Shown here in pieces: positions 1-10,690 of a stretch of 64,000 nucleotides of DNA. The notes under the pieces were generated by a model. That model ran no database searches, was not told the origin of the DNA, and saw only the letters and a list, made by a program, of their open reading frames with translations. A program made the position numbers and the translations under genes. The stretch lies in contig OZ024744.1 in assembly GCA_964016885.1 (NCBI GenBank), positions 133,424,001-133,488,000 on the forward strand. Reading direction: 5' to 3'. This DNA is from Eledone cirrhosa. Its lineage: Eukaryota. Every line of letters starts with the position of its first letter. The stretch's first letter is position 1.

Positions 1-149
1 GTTAAGTTGGGGTTAATTTAAATTGGGGTTAAGTTAACTTTGTGGTTAAGTTAAGTTGGGGTTAAGTTAAGTTGGGGTTAAGTTAAGTTGGGGCTGAGTT
101 AAGTTGGGGATGAGTGAAGTTGGGGTTAAGTTAAGTTGGGGTTAAGTTA

Positions 150-3100
150 AGTTGTCGTTAAGTTAAGTTGGGTTTGAGTTAAGTGGGGGTTGAGTTAATT
201 TAGGGTTAATTTAAGTTGTCGTTAAGTTAAGTTGGGGTCAAGTTAAGTTGGGGTTAAGTTAAGTTGGGGTTAAGTCAAGTTGGGGTTAAGTTAAGTTAGG
301 GTTAATTTAGTTGGGGTTAAGTTAAGTTGGGGCTAAGTTAAGTTGGGGCTAAGTTAAGTTGGGGCTAAGTTAAGTTGGGGTTAAGTTAAGTTGGGGTTAA
401 GTTAAGGTGGGGTTAATTTAAGTTGGGGCTGAGTTAAGTTGGGGCTGAGTTAAGTTGGGGTTAAGTTAAGTTGGGGTTGAGTTAAGTTGGGGTTAAGTTA
501 AGTGGGGTTAAGTTAAGTTGGGGCTAAGTTAAGTTGGGGCTGAGTTAAGTTGGGGCTGAGTTAAGTTGGGGTTAAGTTAAGTTGGGGTTAAGTTAAGTTG
601 GGGTTGAGTTAACTTGGGGTTAAGTTAAGTTGGGGTTAAGTTAAGTTGGGGTTCAGTTAAGTTGGGGTTAAGTTAAATTGGGGTTAAGTTAAGTTGGGGT
701 TAAGTTAAGTTGGGGTTAAGTTAAGTTGGGGTTAAGTTAGATTGTGGTTAAGTTAAGTTGGGGTTAATTTAAGTTTGGGTTAAGTTAAGTTGGGGTTAAG
801 TTAAGGCGGGGTTAAGTTGAGTTGGGGTTAAGTTAAGTTGGGGTTAAGTTAAGTTGGGGTTGAGTTAATTTGGGGTTAACTTAAGTTGGGGGTACTTAAG
901 TTGGGTTTAAGTTAAGTGGGGTTAAGTTAAGTTGGGGTTAAGTTAAGTTGGGGTTAAGTTAGGTTGTGGTTAAGTTAAGTTGGGGGTAAGTTAAGTTGGG
1001 GGTAAGTTAAGTTGGGGTTAATTTAAGTTGGGTCTAATTAAGTTGGGGTTAAGTTAAGTTGGGGTTAAGTTAAGTTGGGGTTCAGTTAATTTGGGGTTAA
1101 CTTAAGTTGGGGGTACTTAAGTTGGGTTCAAGTTAAGTGGGGTTAAGTTAAGTTGGGGTTAAGTTAAGTTGGGGTTAAGTTAAGTTGGGGGTAAGTTAAG
1201 TTGGGGTTAATTTAAGTTGGGTCAAATTAAGTTGGGGTTAAGTTAAGTTGGGGTTAAGTTAAGTTGGCGTTAAATTAAGTTGGGGTTAAGTTAAGTTGGG
1301 GTTAAATTAAGTTGGGGTTAAGTTAAGTTGGGGTTAAGTTAAGTTGGGGTGAAGTTAAGTTGGGGGTAAGTTAAGTTGGTGGTAAGTTAAGTTGGGGGTA
1401 AGTTAAGATGGGGTAAGTTAAGTTGGGGTTAAGTTAATTTGGGGTTAAGTTAGGGTTAAGTTAAGTTGGGGTTGAGTTAAGTTGGGGTTAAGTTAAGTTG
1501 GGGTTATGTTAAGTTGGAGTTAAGTTAAGTTGGGGTTAAGTTGAGTTGGGGTTCAATTAAGTTGCGGTTGATTTAAGTTGGGGTTAAGTTAAGTTGGGGT
1601 TAAGTTAAGTTGGGGTTAAGTTAAGTTGGGGTTAATTTAAGTTGGGGTTAAGTTAAGTTGGGGTTAAGTTAAGTTGGGGTTAAGTTAAGTTGGGGTTAAG
1701 TTAAGTTGGGGTTAAATTAAGTTGGGGTTAAGTTAAGTTGGGGTTAAATTAAGTTGGGGTTAAGATAAGTTGGGGTTAAGTTAAGTTGGGGTTGAGTAAA
1801 GTTGGGGTTGAGTTAATTTGGGGTTAACTTAAGTTGGGGGTACTTAGGTAGGATTTAAGTTAAGTGGGGTTAAGTTAGGTTGTGGTTAAGTTAAGTTGGT
1901 GTTAAGTTAAGTTGGGGTTAATTTAAGTTGGGGGTAAGTTAAGTTGGGGGTAAGTTAAGTTGGGGTTAATTTAAGTTGGGTCTAATTAAGTTGGGGTTAA
2001 GTTAAGTTGGGGTTAAGTTAAGTTGGGGTTAAATTAAGTTGGGGTTAAGTTAAGTTGGGGTTAAGTTAAGTTGGGGTTAAATTAAGTTGGGGTTAAGTTA
2101 AGTTGAGGTTAAATTAAGTTGGGGTTAAGTTAAGTTGGGGTTAAGTTAAGTTGGGGTTAAGTTAAGTTGGGGTTAAGTTAAGTGGTGGTTATGTTAAGTT
2201 GGGGTTAAGTTAAGTTGGGGTTGAGTTAAGTTGGGGTTGAGTTAAGTTGGGGTTGAGTTAAGTTGGGGTTGAGTTAAGTTGGGGTTGAGTGAAGTTGGGG
2301 TTAAGTTAAGTTGGGGTTAATTTATGTTGGGGTTTAGTTAAGTCGGGGTTAAGTTAAGTTGGGGTTAAGTTAAGTTGGGGTTAAGTTAAATTGGGGTTGA
2401 GTTAAGTTGGGGTTGAGTTAATTTAGGGTTAAGTTAAGTTGGGGTTAAGTTAAGTTGGGGTTAAGTTAGATTGTGGTTAAGTTAAGTTGGGGTTAATTTA
2501 AGTTTGGGTTAAGTTAAGTTGGGGTTAAGTTAAGGCGGGGTTAAGTTGAGTTGGGGTTAAGTTAAGTTGGGGTTGAGTTAATTTGGGGTTAACTTAAGTT
2601 GGGGGTACTTAAGTTGGGTTTAAGTTAAGTGGGGTTAAGTTAAGTTGGGGTTAAGTTAAGTTGGGGTTAAGTTAAGTTGGGGTTAAGTTAGGTTGTGGTT
2701 AAGTTAAGTTGGGGGTAAGTTAAGTTGGCGTTAAATTAAGTTGGGGTTAAGTTAAGTTGGGGTTAAATTAAGTTGGGGTTAAGTTAAGTTGGGGTTAAGT
2801 TAAGTTGGGGTGAAGTTAAGTTGGGGGTAAGTTAAGTTGGTGGTAAGTTAAGTTGGGGGTAAGTTAAGATGGGGTAAGTTAAGTTGGGGTTAAGTTAATT
2901 TGGGGTTAAGTTAGGGTTAAGTTAAGTTGGGGTTGAGTTAAGTTGGGGTTAAGTTAAGTTGGGGTTATGTTAAGTTGGAGTTAAGTTAAGTTGGGGTTAA
3001 GTTGAGTTGGGGTTCAATTAAGTTGCGGTTGATTTAAGTTGGGGTTAAGTTAAGTTGGGGTTAAGTTAAGTTGGGGTTAAGTTAAGTTGGGGTTAATTTA

Positions 3101-6100
3101 AGTTGGGGTTAAGTTAAGTTGGGGTTAAGTTAAGTTGGGGTTAAGTTAAGTTGGGGTTAAGTTAAGTTGGGGTTAAATTAAGTTGGGGTTAAGTTAAGTT
3201 GGGGTTAAATTAAGTTGGGGTTAAGATAAGTTGGGGTTAAGTTAAGTTGGGGTTGAGTTAAGTTGGGGTTGAGTTAATTTGGGGTTAACTTAAGTTGGGG
3301 GTACTTAGGTAGGATTTAAGTTAAGTGGGGTTAAGTTAGGTTGTGGTTAAGTTAAGTTGGTGTTAAGTTAAGTTGGGGTTAATTTAAGTTGGGGGTAAGT
3401 TAAGTTGGGGGTAAGTTAAGTTGGGGTTAATTTAAGTTGGGTCTAATTAAGTTGGGGTTAAGTTAAGTTGGGGTTAAGTTAAGTTGGGGTTAAATTAAGT
3501 TGGGGTTAAGTTAAGTTGGGGTTAAGTTAAGTTGGGGTTAAATTAAGTTGGGGTTAAGTTAAGTTGAGGTTAAATTAAGTTGGGGTTAAGTTAAGTTGGG
3601 GTTAAGTTAAGTTGGGGTTAAGTTAAGTTGGGGTTAAGTTAAGTGGTGGTTATGTTAAGTTGGGGTTAAGTTAAGTTGGGGTTGAGTTAAGTTGGGGTTG
3701 AGTTAAGTTGGGGTTGAGTTAAGTTGGGGTTGAGTTAAGTTGGGGTTGAGTGAAGTTGGGGTTAAGTTAAGTTGGGGTTAATTTATGTTGGGGTTTAGTT
3801 AAGTCGGGGTTAAGTTAAGTTGGGGTTAAGTTAAGTTGGGGTTAAGTTAAATTGGGGTTGAGTTAAGTTGGGGTTGAGTTAATTTAGGGTTAAGTTAAGT
3901 TGGGGTTAAGTTAAGTTGGGGTTAAGTTAGATTGTGGTTAAGTTAAGTTGGGGTTAATTTAAGTTTGGGTTAAGTTAAGTTGGGGTTAAGTTAAGGCGGG
4001 GTTAAGTTGAGTTGGGGTTAAGTTAAGTTGGGGTTGAGTTAATTTGGGGTTAACTTAAGTTGGGGGTACTTAAGTTGGGTTTAAGTTAAGTGGGGTTAAG
4101 TTAAGTTGGGGTTAAGTTAAGTTGGGGTTAAGTTAAGTTGGGGTTAAGTTAGGTTGTGGTTAAGTTAAGTTGGGGGTAAGTTAAGTTGGGGGTAAGTTAA
4201 GTTGGGGTTAATTTAAGTTGGGTCTAATTAAGTTGGGGTTAAGTTAAGTTGGGGTTAAGTTGAGTTGGGGTTGAGTTGGGGTTAAGTTAAGTTAGGGTTA
4301 AGTTAAGTTGGGGTTAAGTTGAGTTGGGGTTAAGTTAAGTTGCGGTTAATTTAAGTTGGGGTTAATTTAAGTTGGGGTTAAGTTAAGTTGGGGTGAAGTT
4401 AAGTTGGGGTTAAGTTAAGTTGGGGTTAAGTTAAGTTGGGGTTAAGTTAAGTTGGGGTTAAATTAAGTTGGGGTTAAGTTAAGTTGGGGTTAAGTTAAGT
4501 TGGGGTTAAGTTAAGATGGGGTTAAGTTAAGTTGGGGTTAAGTTGGGGTTAAGTTAAGTTAGGGTTAAGTTAAGTTGCGGTTGAGTTAAGTTGGGGTTAA
4601 GCTAAGTGGTGGTTATGTTAAGTTGGGGTTAAGTTAAGTTGGGGTTAATTTAAATTGGGGTTAAGTTAACTTTGTGGTTAAGTTAAGTTGGGGTTAAGTT
4701 AAGTTGGGGTTAAGTTAAGTTGGGGCTGAGTTAAGTTGGGGATGAGTGAAGTTGGGGTTAAGTTAAGTTGGGGTTAAGTTAAGTTGTCGTTAAGTTAAGT
4801 TGGGTTTGAGTTAAGTTGGGGTTGAGTTAATTTAGGGTTAATTTAAGTTGGGGTTAAGTTAAGTTGGGTTTCAGTTAAGTTGGGGTTAAGTTAAGTTGGG
4901 GTCAAGTTAAGTTGGGGTTAAGTTAAGTTGGGGTTAAGTCAAGTTGGGGTTAAGTTAAGTTAGGGTTAATTTAGTTGGGGTTAAGTTAAGTTGGGGCTAA
5001 GTTAAGTTGGGGCTAAGTTAAGTTGGGGCTAAGTTAAGTTGGGGTTAAGTTAAGTTGGGGTTAAGTTAAGGTGGGGTTAATTTAAGTTGGGGCTGAGTTA
5101 AGTTGGGGCTGAGTTAAGTTGGGGTTAAGTTAAGTTGGGGTTGAGTTAAGTTGGGGTTAAGTTAAGTGGGGTTAAGTTAAGTTGGGGCTAAGTTAAGTTG
5201 GGGCTGAGTTAAGTTGGGGCTGAGTTAAGTTGGGGTTAAGTTAAGTTGGGGTTAAGTTAAGTTGGGGTTGAGTTAACTTGGGGTTAAGTTAAGTTGGGGT
5301 TAAGTTAAGTTGGGGTTCAGTTAAGTTGGGGTTAAGTTAAATTGGGGTTAAGTTAAGTTGGGGTTAAGTTAAGTTGGGGTTAAGTTAAGTTGGGGTTAAG
5401 TTAGATTGTGGTTAAGTTAAGTTGGGGTTAATTTAAGTTTGGGTTAAGTTAAGTTGGGGTTAAGTTAAGGCGGGGTTAAGTTGAGTTGGGGTTAAGTTAA
5501 GTTGGGGTTAAGTTAAGTTGGGGTTGAGTTAATTTGGGGTTAACTTAAGTTGGGGGTACTTAAGTTGGGTTTAAGTTAAGTGGGGTTAAGTTAAGTTGGG
5601 GTTAAGTTAAGTTGGGGTTAAGTTAGGTTGTGGTTAAGTTAAGTTGGGGGTAAGTTAAGTTGGGGGTAAGTTAAGTTGGGGTTAATTTAAGTTGGGTCTA
5701 ATTAAGTTGGGGTTAAGTTAAGTTGGGGTTAAGTTAAGTTGGGGTTGAGTTAATTTGGGGTTAACTTAAGTTGGGGGTACTTAAGTTGGGTTCAAGTTAA
5801 GTGGGGTTAAGTTAAGTTGGGGTTAAGTTAAGTTGGGGTTAAGTTAAGTTGGGGGTAAGTTAAGTTGGGGTTAATTTAAGTTGGGTCAAATTAAGTTGGG
5901 GTTAAGTTAAGTTGGGGTTAAGTTAAGTTGGCGTTAAATTAAGTTGGGGTTAAGTTAAGTTGGGATTAAATTAAGTTGGGGTTAAGTTAAGTTGGGGTTA
6001 AGTTAAGTTGGGGTGAAGTTAAGTTGGGGGTAAGTTAAGTTGGTGGTAAGTTAAGTTGGGGGTAAGTTAAGATGGGGTAAGTTAAGTTGGGGTTAAGTTA

Positions 6101-9100
6101 ATTTGGGGTTAAGTTAGGGTTAAGTTAAGTTGGGGTTGAGTTAAGTTGGGGTTAAGTTAAGTTGGGGTTATGTTAAGTTGGAGTTAAGTTAAGTTGGGGT
6201 TAAGTTGAGTTGGGGTTCAGTTAAGTTGCGGTTGATTTAAGTTGGGGTTAAGTTAAGTTGGGGTTAAGTTAAGTTGGGGTTAAGTTAAGTTGGGGTTAAT
6301 TTAAGTTGGGGTTAAGTTAAGTTGGGGTTAAGTTAAGTTGGGGTTAAGTTAAGTTGGGGTTAAGTTAAGTTGGGGTTAAATTAAGTTGGGGTTAAGTTAA
6401 GTTGGGGTTAAATTAAGTTGGGGTTAAGATAAGTTGGGGTTAAGTTAAGTTGGGGTTGAGTTAAGTTGGGGTTGAGTTAATTTGGGGTTAACTTAAGTTG
6501 GGGGTACTTAGGTAGGATTTAAGTTAAGTGGGGTTAAGTTAGGTTGTGGTTAAGTTAAGTTGGTGTTAAGTTAAGTTGGGGTTAATTTAAGTTGGGGGTA
6601 AGTTAAGTTGGGGGTAAGTTAAGTTGGGGTTAATTTAAGTTGGGGTTAAGTTAAGTTGGGGTTAAGTTAAGTTGGGGTTCAGTTAAGTTGGGGTTAAGTT
6701 AAATTGGGGTTAAGTTAAGTTGGGGTTAAGTTAAGTTGGGGTTAAGTTAAGTTGGGGTTAAGTTAGATTGTGGTTAAGTTAAGTTGGGGTTAATTTAAGT
6801 TTGGGTTAAGTTAAGTTGGGGTTAAGTTAAGGCGGGGTTAAGTTGAGTTGGGGTTAAGTTAAGTTGGGGTTAAGTTAAGTTGGGGTTGAGTTAATTTGGG
6901 GTTAACTTAAGTTGGGGGTACTTAAGTTGGGTTTAAGTTAAGTGGGGTTAAGTTAAGTTGGGGTTAAGTTAAGTTGGGGTTAAGTTAAGTTGGGGTTAAG
7001 TTAGGTTGTGGTTAAGTTAAGTTGGGGGTAAGTTAAGTTGGGGGTAAGTTAAGTTGGTGGTAAGTTAAGTTGGGGGTAAGTTAAGATGGGGTAAGTTAAG
7101 TTGGGGTTAAGTTAATTTGGGGTTAAGTTAGGGTTAAGTTAAGTTGGGGTTGAGTTAAGTTGGGGTTAAGTTAAGTTGGGGTTATGTTAAGTTGGAGTTA
7201 AGTTAAGTTGGGGTTAAGTTGAGTTGGGGTTCAGTTAAGTTGCGGTTGATTTAAGTTGGGGTTAAGTTAAGTTGGGGTTAAGTTAAGTTGGGGTTAAGTT
7301 AAGTTGGGGTTAATTTAAGTTGGGGTTAAGTTAAGTTGGGGTTAAGTTAAGTTGGGGTTAAGTTAAGTTGGGGTTAAGTTAAGTTGGGGTTAAATTAAGT
7401 TGGGGTTAAGTTAAGTTGGGGTTAAATTAAGTTGGGGTTAAGATAAGTAGGGGTTAAGTTAAGTTGGGGTTGAGTTAAGTTGGGGTTGAGTTAATTTGGG
7501 GTTAACTTAAGTTGGGGGTACTTAGGTAGGATTTAAGTTAAGTGGGGTTAAGTTAGTTTGTGGTTAAGTTAAGTTGGGGTTAAGTTAAGTTGGGGTTAAT
7601 TTAAGTTGGGGGTAAGTTAAGTTGGGGGTAAGTTAAGTTGGGGTTAATTTAAGTTGGGTCTAATTAAGTTGGGGTTAAGTTAAGTTGGGGTTAAGTTAAG
7701 TTGGGGTTAAATTAAGTTGGGGTTAAGTTAAGTTGAGGTTAAATTAAGTTGGGGTTAAGTTAAGTTGGGGTTAAGTTAAGTTGGGGTTAAGTTAAGTTGG
7801 GGGTAAGTTAAGTTAGTGGTAAGTTAAGTTGGGGGTAAGTTAAGATGGGGTTGAGTTAAGTTGGGGTTGAGTTAAGTTGGGGTTGAGTTAAGTTGGGGTT
7901 GAGTTAAGTTGGGGTTGAGTGAAGTTGGGGTTAAGTTAAGTTGGGGTTAATTTATGTTGGGGTTAAGTTAAGTCGGGGTTAAGTTAAGTTGGGGTTAAGT
8001 TAAGTTGGGGTTAAGTTAAATTGGGGTTGAGTTAAGTTGGGGTTGAGTTAATTTAGGGTTAAGTTAAGTTGGGGTTAAGTTAAGTTGGGGTTAAGTTAGA
8101 TTGTGGTTAAGTTAAGTTGGGGTTAATTTAAGTTTGGGTTAAGTTAAGTTGGGGTTAAGTTAAGGCGGGGTTAAGTTGAGTTGGGGTTAAGTTAAGTTGG
8201 GGTTGAGTTAATTTGGGGTTAACTTAAGTTGGGGGTACTTAAGTTGGGTTTAAGTTAAGTGGGGGTTAATTTAAGTTGGGGGTAAGTTAAGTTGGGGGTA
8301 AGTTAAGTTGGGGTTAATTTAAGTTGGGTCTAATTAAGTTGGGGTTAAGTTAAGTTGGGGTTAAGTTAAGTTGGGGTTAAGTTAAGTTGGGGTTAAGTTA
8401 GGTTGTGGTTAAGTTAAGTTGGGGGTAAGTTAAGTTGGGGGTAAGTTAAGTTGGGGTTAATTTAAGTTGGGTCTAATTAAGTTGGGGTTAAGTTAAGTTG
8501 GGGTTAAGTTAAGTTGGGGTTAATTTAAGTTGGGGTTAAGTTAAGTTGGGGGTAAGTTAAGTTGGGGGTAAGTTAAGTTGGGGCTAATTTAAGTTGGGTC
8601 AAATTAAGTTGGGGTTAATTTAAGTTGGGGTTAAGTTAAGTTGGGGTTAAATTAAGTTGGGGTTAAGTTAAGTTGGGGTTAAATTAAGTTGGGGTTAAGT
8701 TAAGTTGGGGTTAAGTTAAGTTGGGGTTAAGTTAAGTTGGGGGTAAGTTAAGTTGGTGGTAAGTTAAGTTGGGGGTAAGTTAAGATGGGGTTAAGTTAAG
8801 TTGGGGTTAAGTTAATTTGGGGTTAGGGTTAAGTTAAGTTGGGTTGAGTTAAGTTGGGGTTAAATTAAGTTGGGGTTAAGTTAAGTTGGGGTTAAGTTAA
8901 GTTGGGGTTAAGTTAAGATGGGGTTAAGTTAAGTTGGGGTTAAGTTGGGGTTAAGTTAAGTTAGGGTTAAGTTAAGTTGGGGTTAAGTTGAGTTGGGGTT
9001 AAGTTAAGTTGCGGTTAATTTAAGTTGGGGTTAATTTAAGTTGGGGTTAAGTTAAGTTGGGGTGAAGTTAAGTTGGGGTTAAGTTAAGTTGGGGTTAAGT

Positions 9101-10690
9101 TAAGTTGGGGTTAAGTTAAGTTGGGGTTAAATTAAGTTGGGGTTAAGTTAAGTTGGGGTTAAGTTAAGTTGGGGTTAAGTTAAGATGGGGTTAAGTTAAG
9201 TTGGGGTTAAGTTGGGGTTAAGTTAAGTTAGGGTTAAGTTAAGTTGCGGTTGAGTTAAGTTGGGGTTAAGTTAAGTGGTGGTTATGTTAAGTTGGGGTTA
9301 AGTTAAGTTGGGGTTAATTTAAATTGGGGTTAAGTTAACTTTGTGGTTAAGTTAAGTTGGGGTTAAGTTAAGTTGGGGTTAAGTTAAGTTGGGGCTGAGT
9401 TAAGTTGGGGATGAGTGAAGTTGGGGTTAAGTTAAGTTGGGGTTAAGTTAAGTTGTCGTTAAGTTAAGTTGGGTTTGAGTTAAGTTGGGGTTGAGTTAAT
9501 TTAGGGTTAATTTAAGTTGGGGTTAAGTTAAGTTGGGTTTCAGTTAAGTTGGGGTTAAGTTAAGTTGGGGTCAAGTTAAGTTGGGGTTAAGTTAAGTTGG
9601 GGTTAAGTCAAGTTGGGGTTAAGTTAAGTTAGGGTTAATTTAGTTGGGGTTAAGTTAAGTTGGGGCTAAGTTAAGTTGGGGCTAAGTTAAGTTGGGGCTA
9701 AGTTAAGTTGGGGTTAAGTTAAGTTGGGGTTAAGTTAAGGTGGGGTTAATTTAAGTTGGGGCTGAGTTAAGTTGGGGCTGAGTTAAGTTGGGGTTAAGTT
9801 AAGTTGGGGTTGAGTTAAGTTGGGGTTAAGTTAAGTGGGGTTAAGTTAAGTTGGGGCTAAGTTAAGTTGGGGCTGAGTTAAGTTGGGGCTGAGTTAAGTT
9901 GGGGTTAAGTTAAGTTGGGGTTAAGTTAAGTTGGGGTTGAGTTAACTTGGGGTTAAGTTAAGTTGGGGTTAAGTTAAGTTGGGGTTCAGTTAAGTTGGGG
10001 TTAAGTTAAATTGGGGTTAAGTTAAGTTGGGGTTAAGTTAAGTTGGGGTTAAGTTAAGTTGGGGTTAAGTTAGATTGTGGTTAAGTTAAGTTGGGGTTAA
10101 TTTAAGTTTGGGTTAAGTTAAGTTGGGGTTAAGTTAAGGCGGGGTTAAGTTGAGTTGGGGTTAAGTTAAGTTGGGGTTAAGTTAAGTTGGGGTTGAGTTA
10201 ATTTGGGGTTAACTTAAGTTGGGGGTACTTAAGTTGGGTTTAAGTTAAGTGGGGTTAAGTTAAGTTGGGGTTAAGTTAAGTTGGGGTTAAGTTAAGTTGG
10301 GGTTAAGTTAGGTTGTGGTTAAGTTAAGTTGGGGGTAAGTTAAGTTGGGGGTAAGTTAAGTTGGTGGTAAGTTAAGTTGGGGGTAAGTTAAGATGGGGTA
10401 AGTTAAGTTGGGGTTAAGTTAATTTGGGGTTAAGTTAGGGTTAAGTTAAGTTGGGGTTGAGTTAAGTTGGGGTTAAGTTAAGTTGGGGTTATGTTAAGTT
10501 GGAGTTAAGTTAAGTTGGGGTTAAGTTGAGTTGGGGTTCAGTTAAGTTGCGGTTGATTTAAGTTGGGGTTAAGTTAAGTTGGGGTTAAGTTAAGTTGGGG
10601 TTAAGTTAAGTTGGGGTTAATTTAAGTTGGGGTTAAGTTAAGTTGGGGTTAAGTTAAGTTGGGGTTAAGTTAAGTTGGGGTTAAGTTAAG
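150..10690 (+). repeat. Copy 1 of a ~9-kb segmental tandem duplication (10.5 kb here because of an internal 1461-bp duplication and an 80-bp insertion)
   Basis: Private variants pair with copy 2. 'agtgggggttgag' is at 182/10721 (offset 10539). 'ggcgttaaatt' C is at 2729/11807, 'aactttgtgg' C at 4670/13748, 'gggattaaatt' A at 5965/15043 and 'gataagtagggg' A at 7449/16527 (all offset 9078). 'aactttgtgg' C is at 9339/18337 (offset 8998). Confidence 0.85.
1260..4180 (+). repeat. 1461-bp local tandem duplication within the HOR
   Basis: 'ttggcgttaaatt' C is at 1268 and 2729, followed by the same variant order. This includes the private 'ttcaattaagttgcgg' (~1552/3013) and 'gggtttagttaagtcgggg' (~2330/3791). 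Confidence 0.85.
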
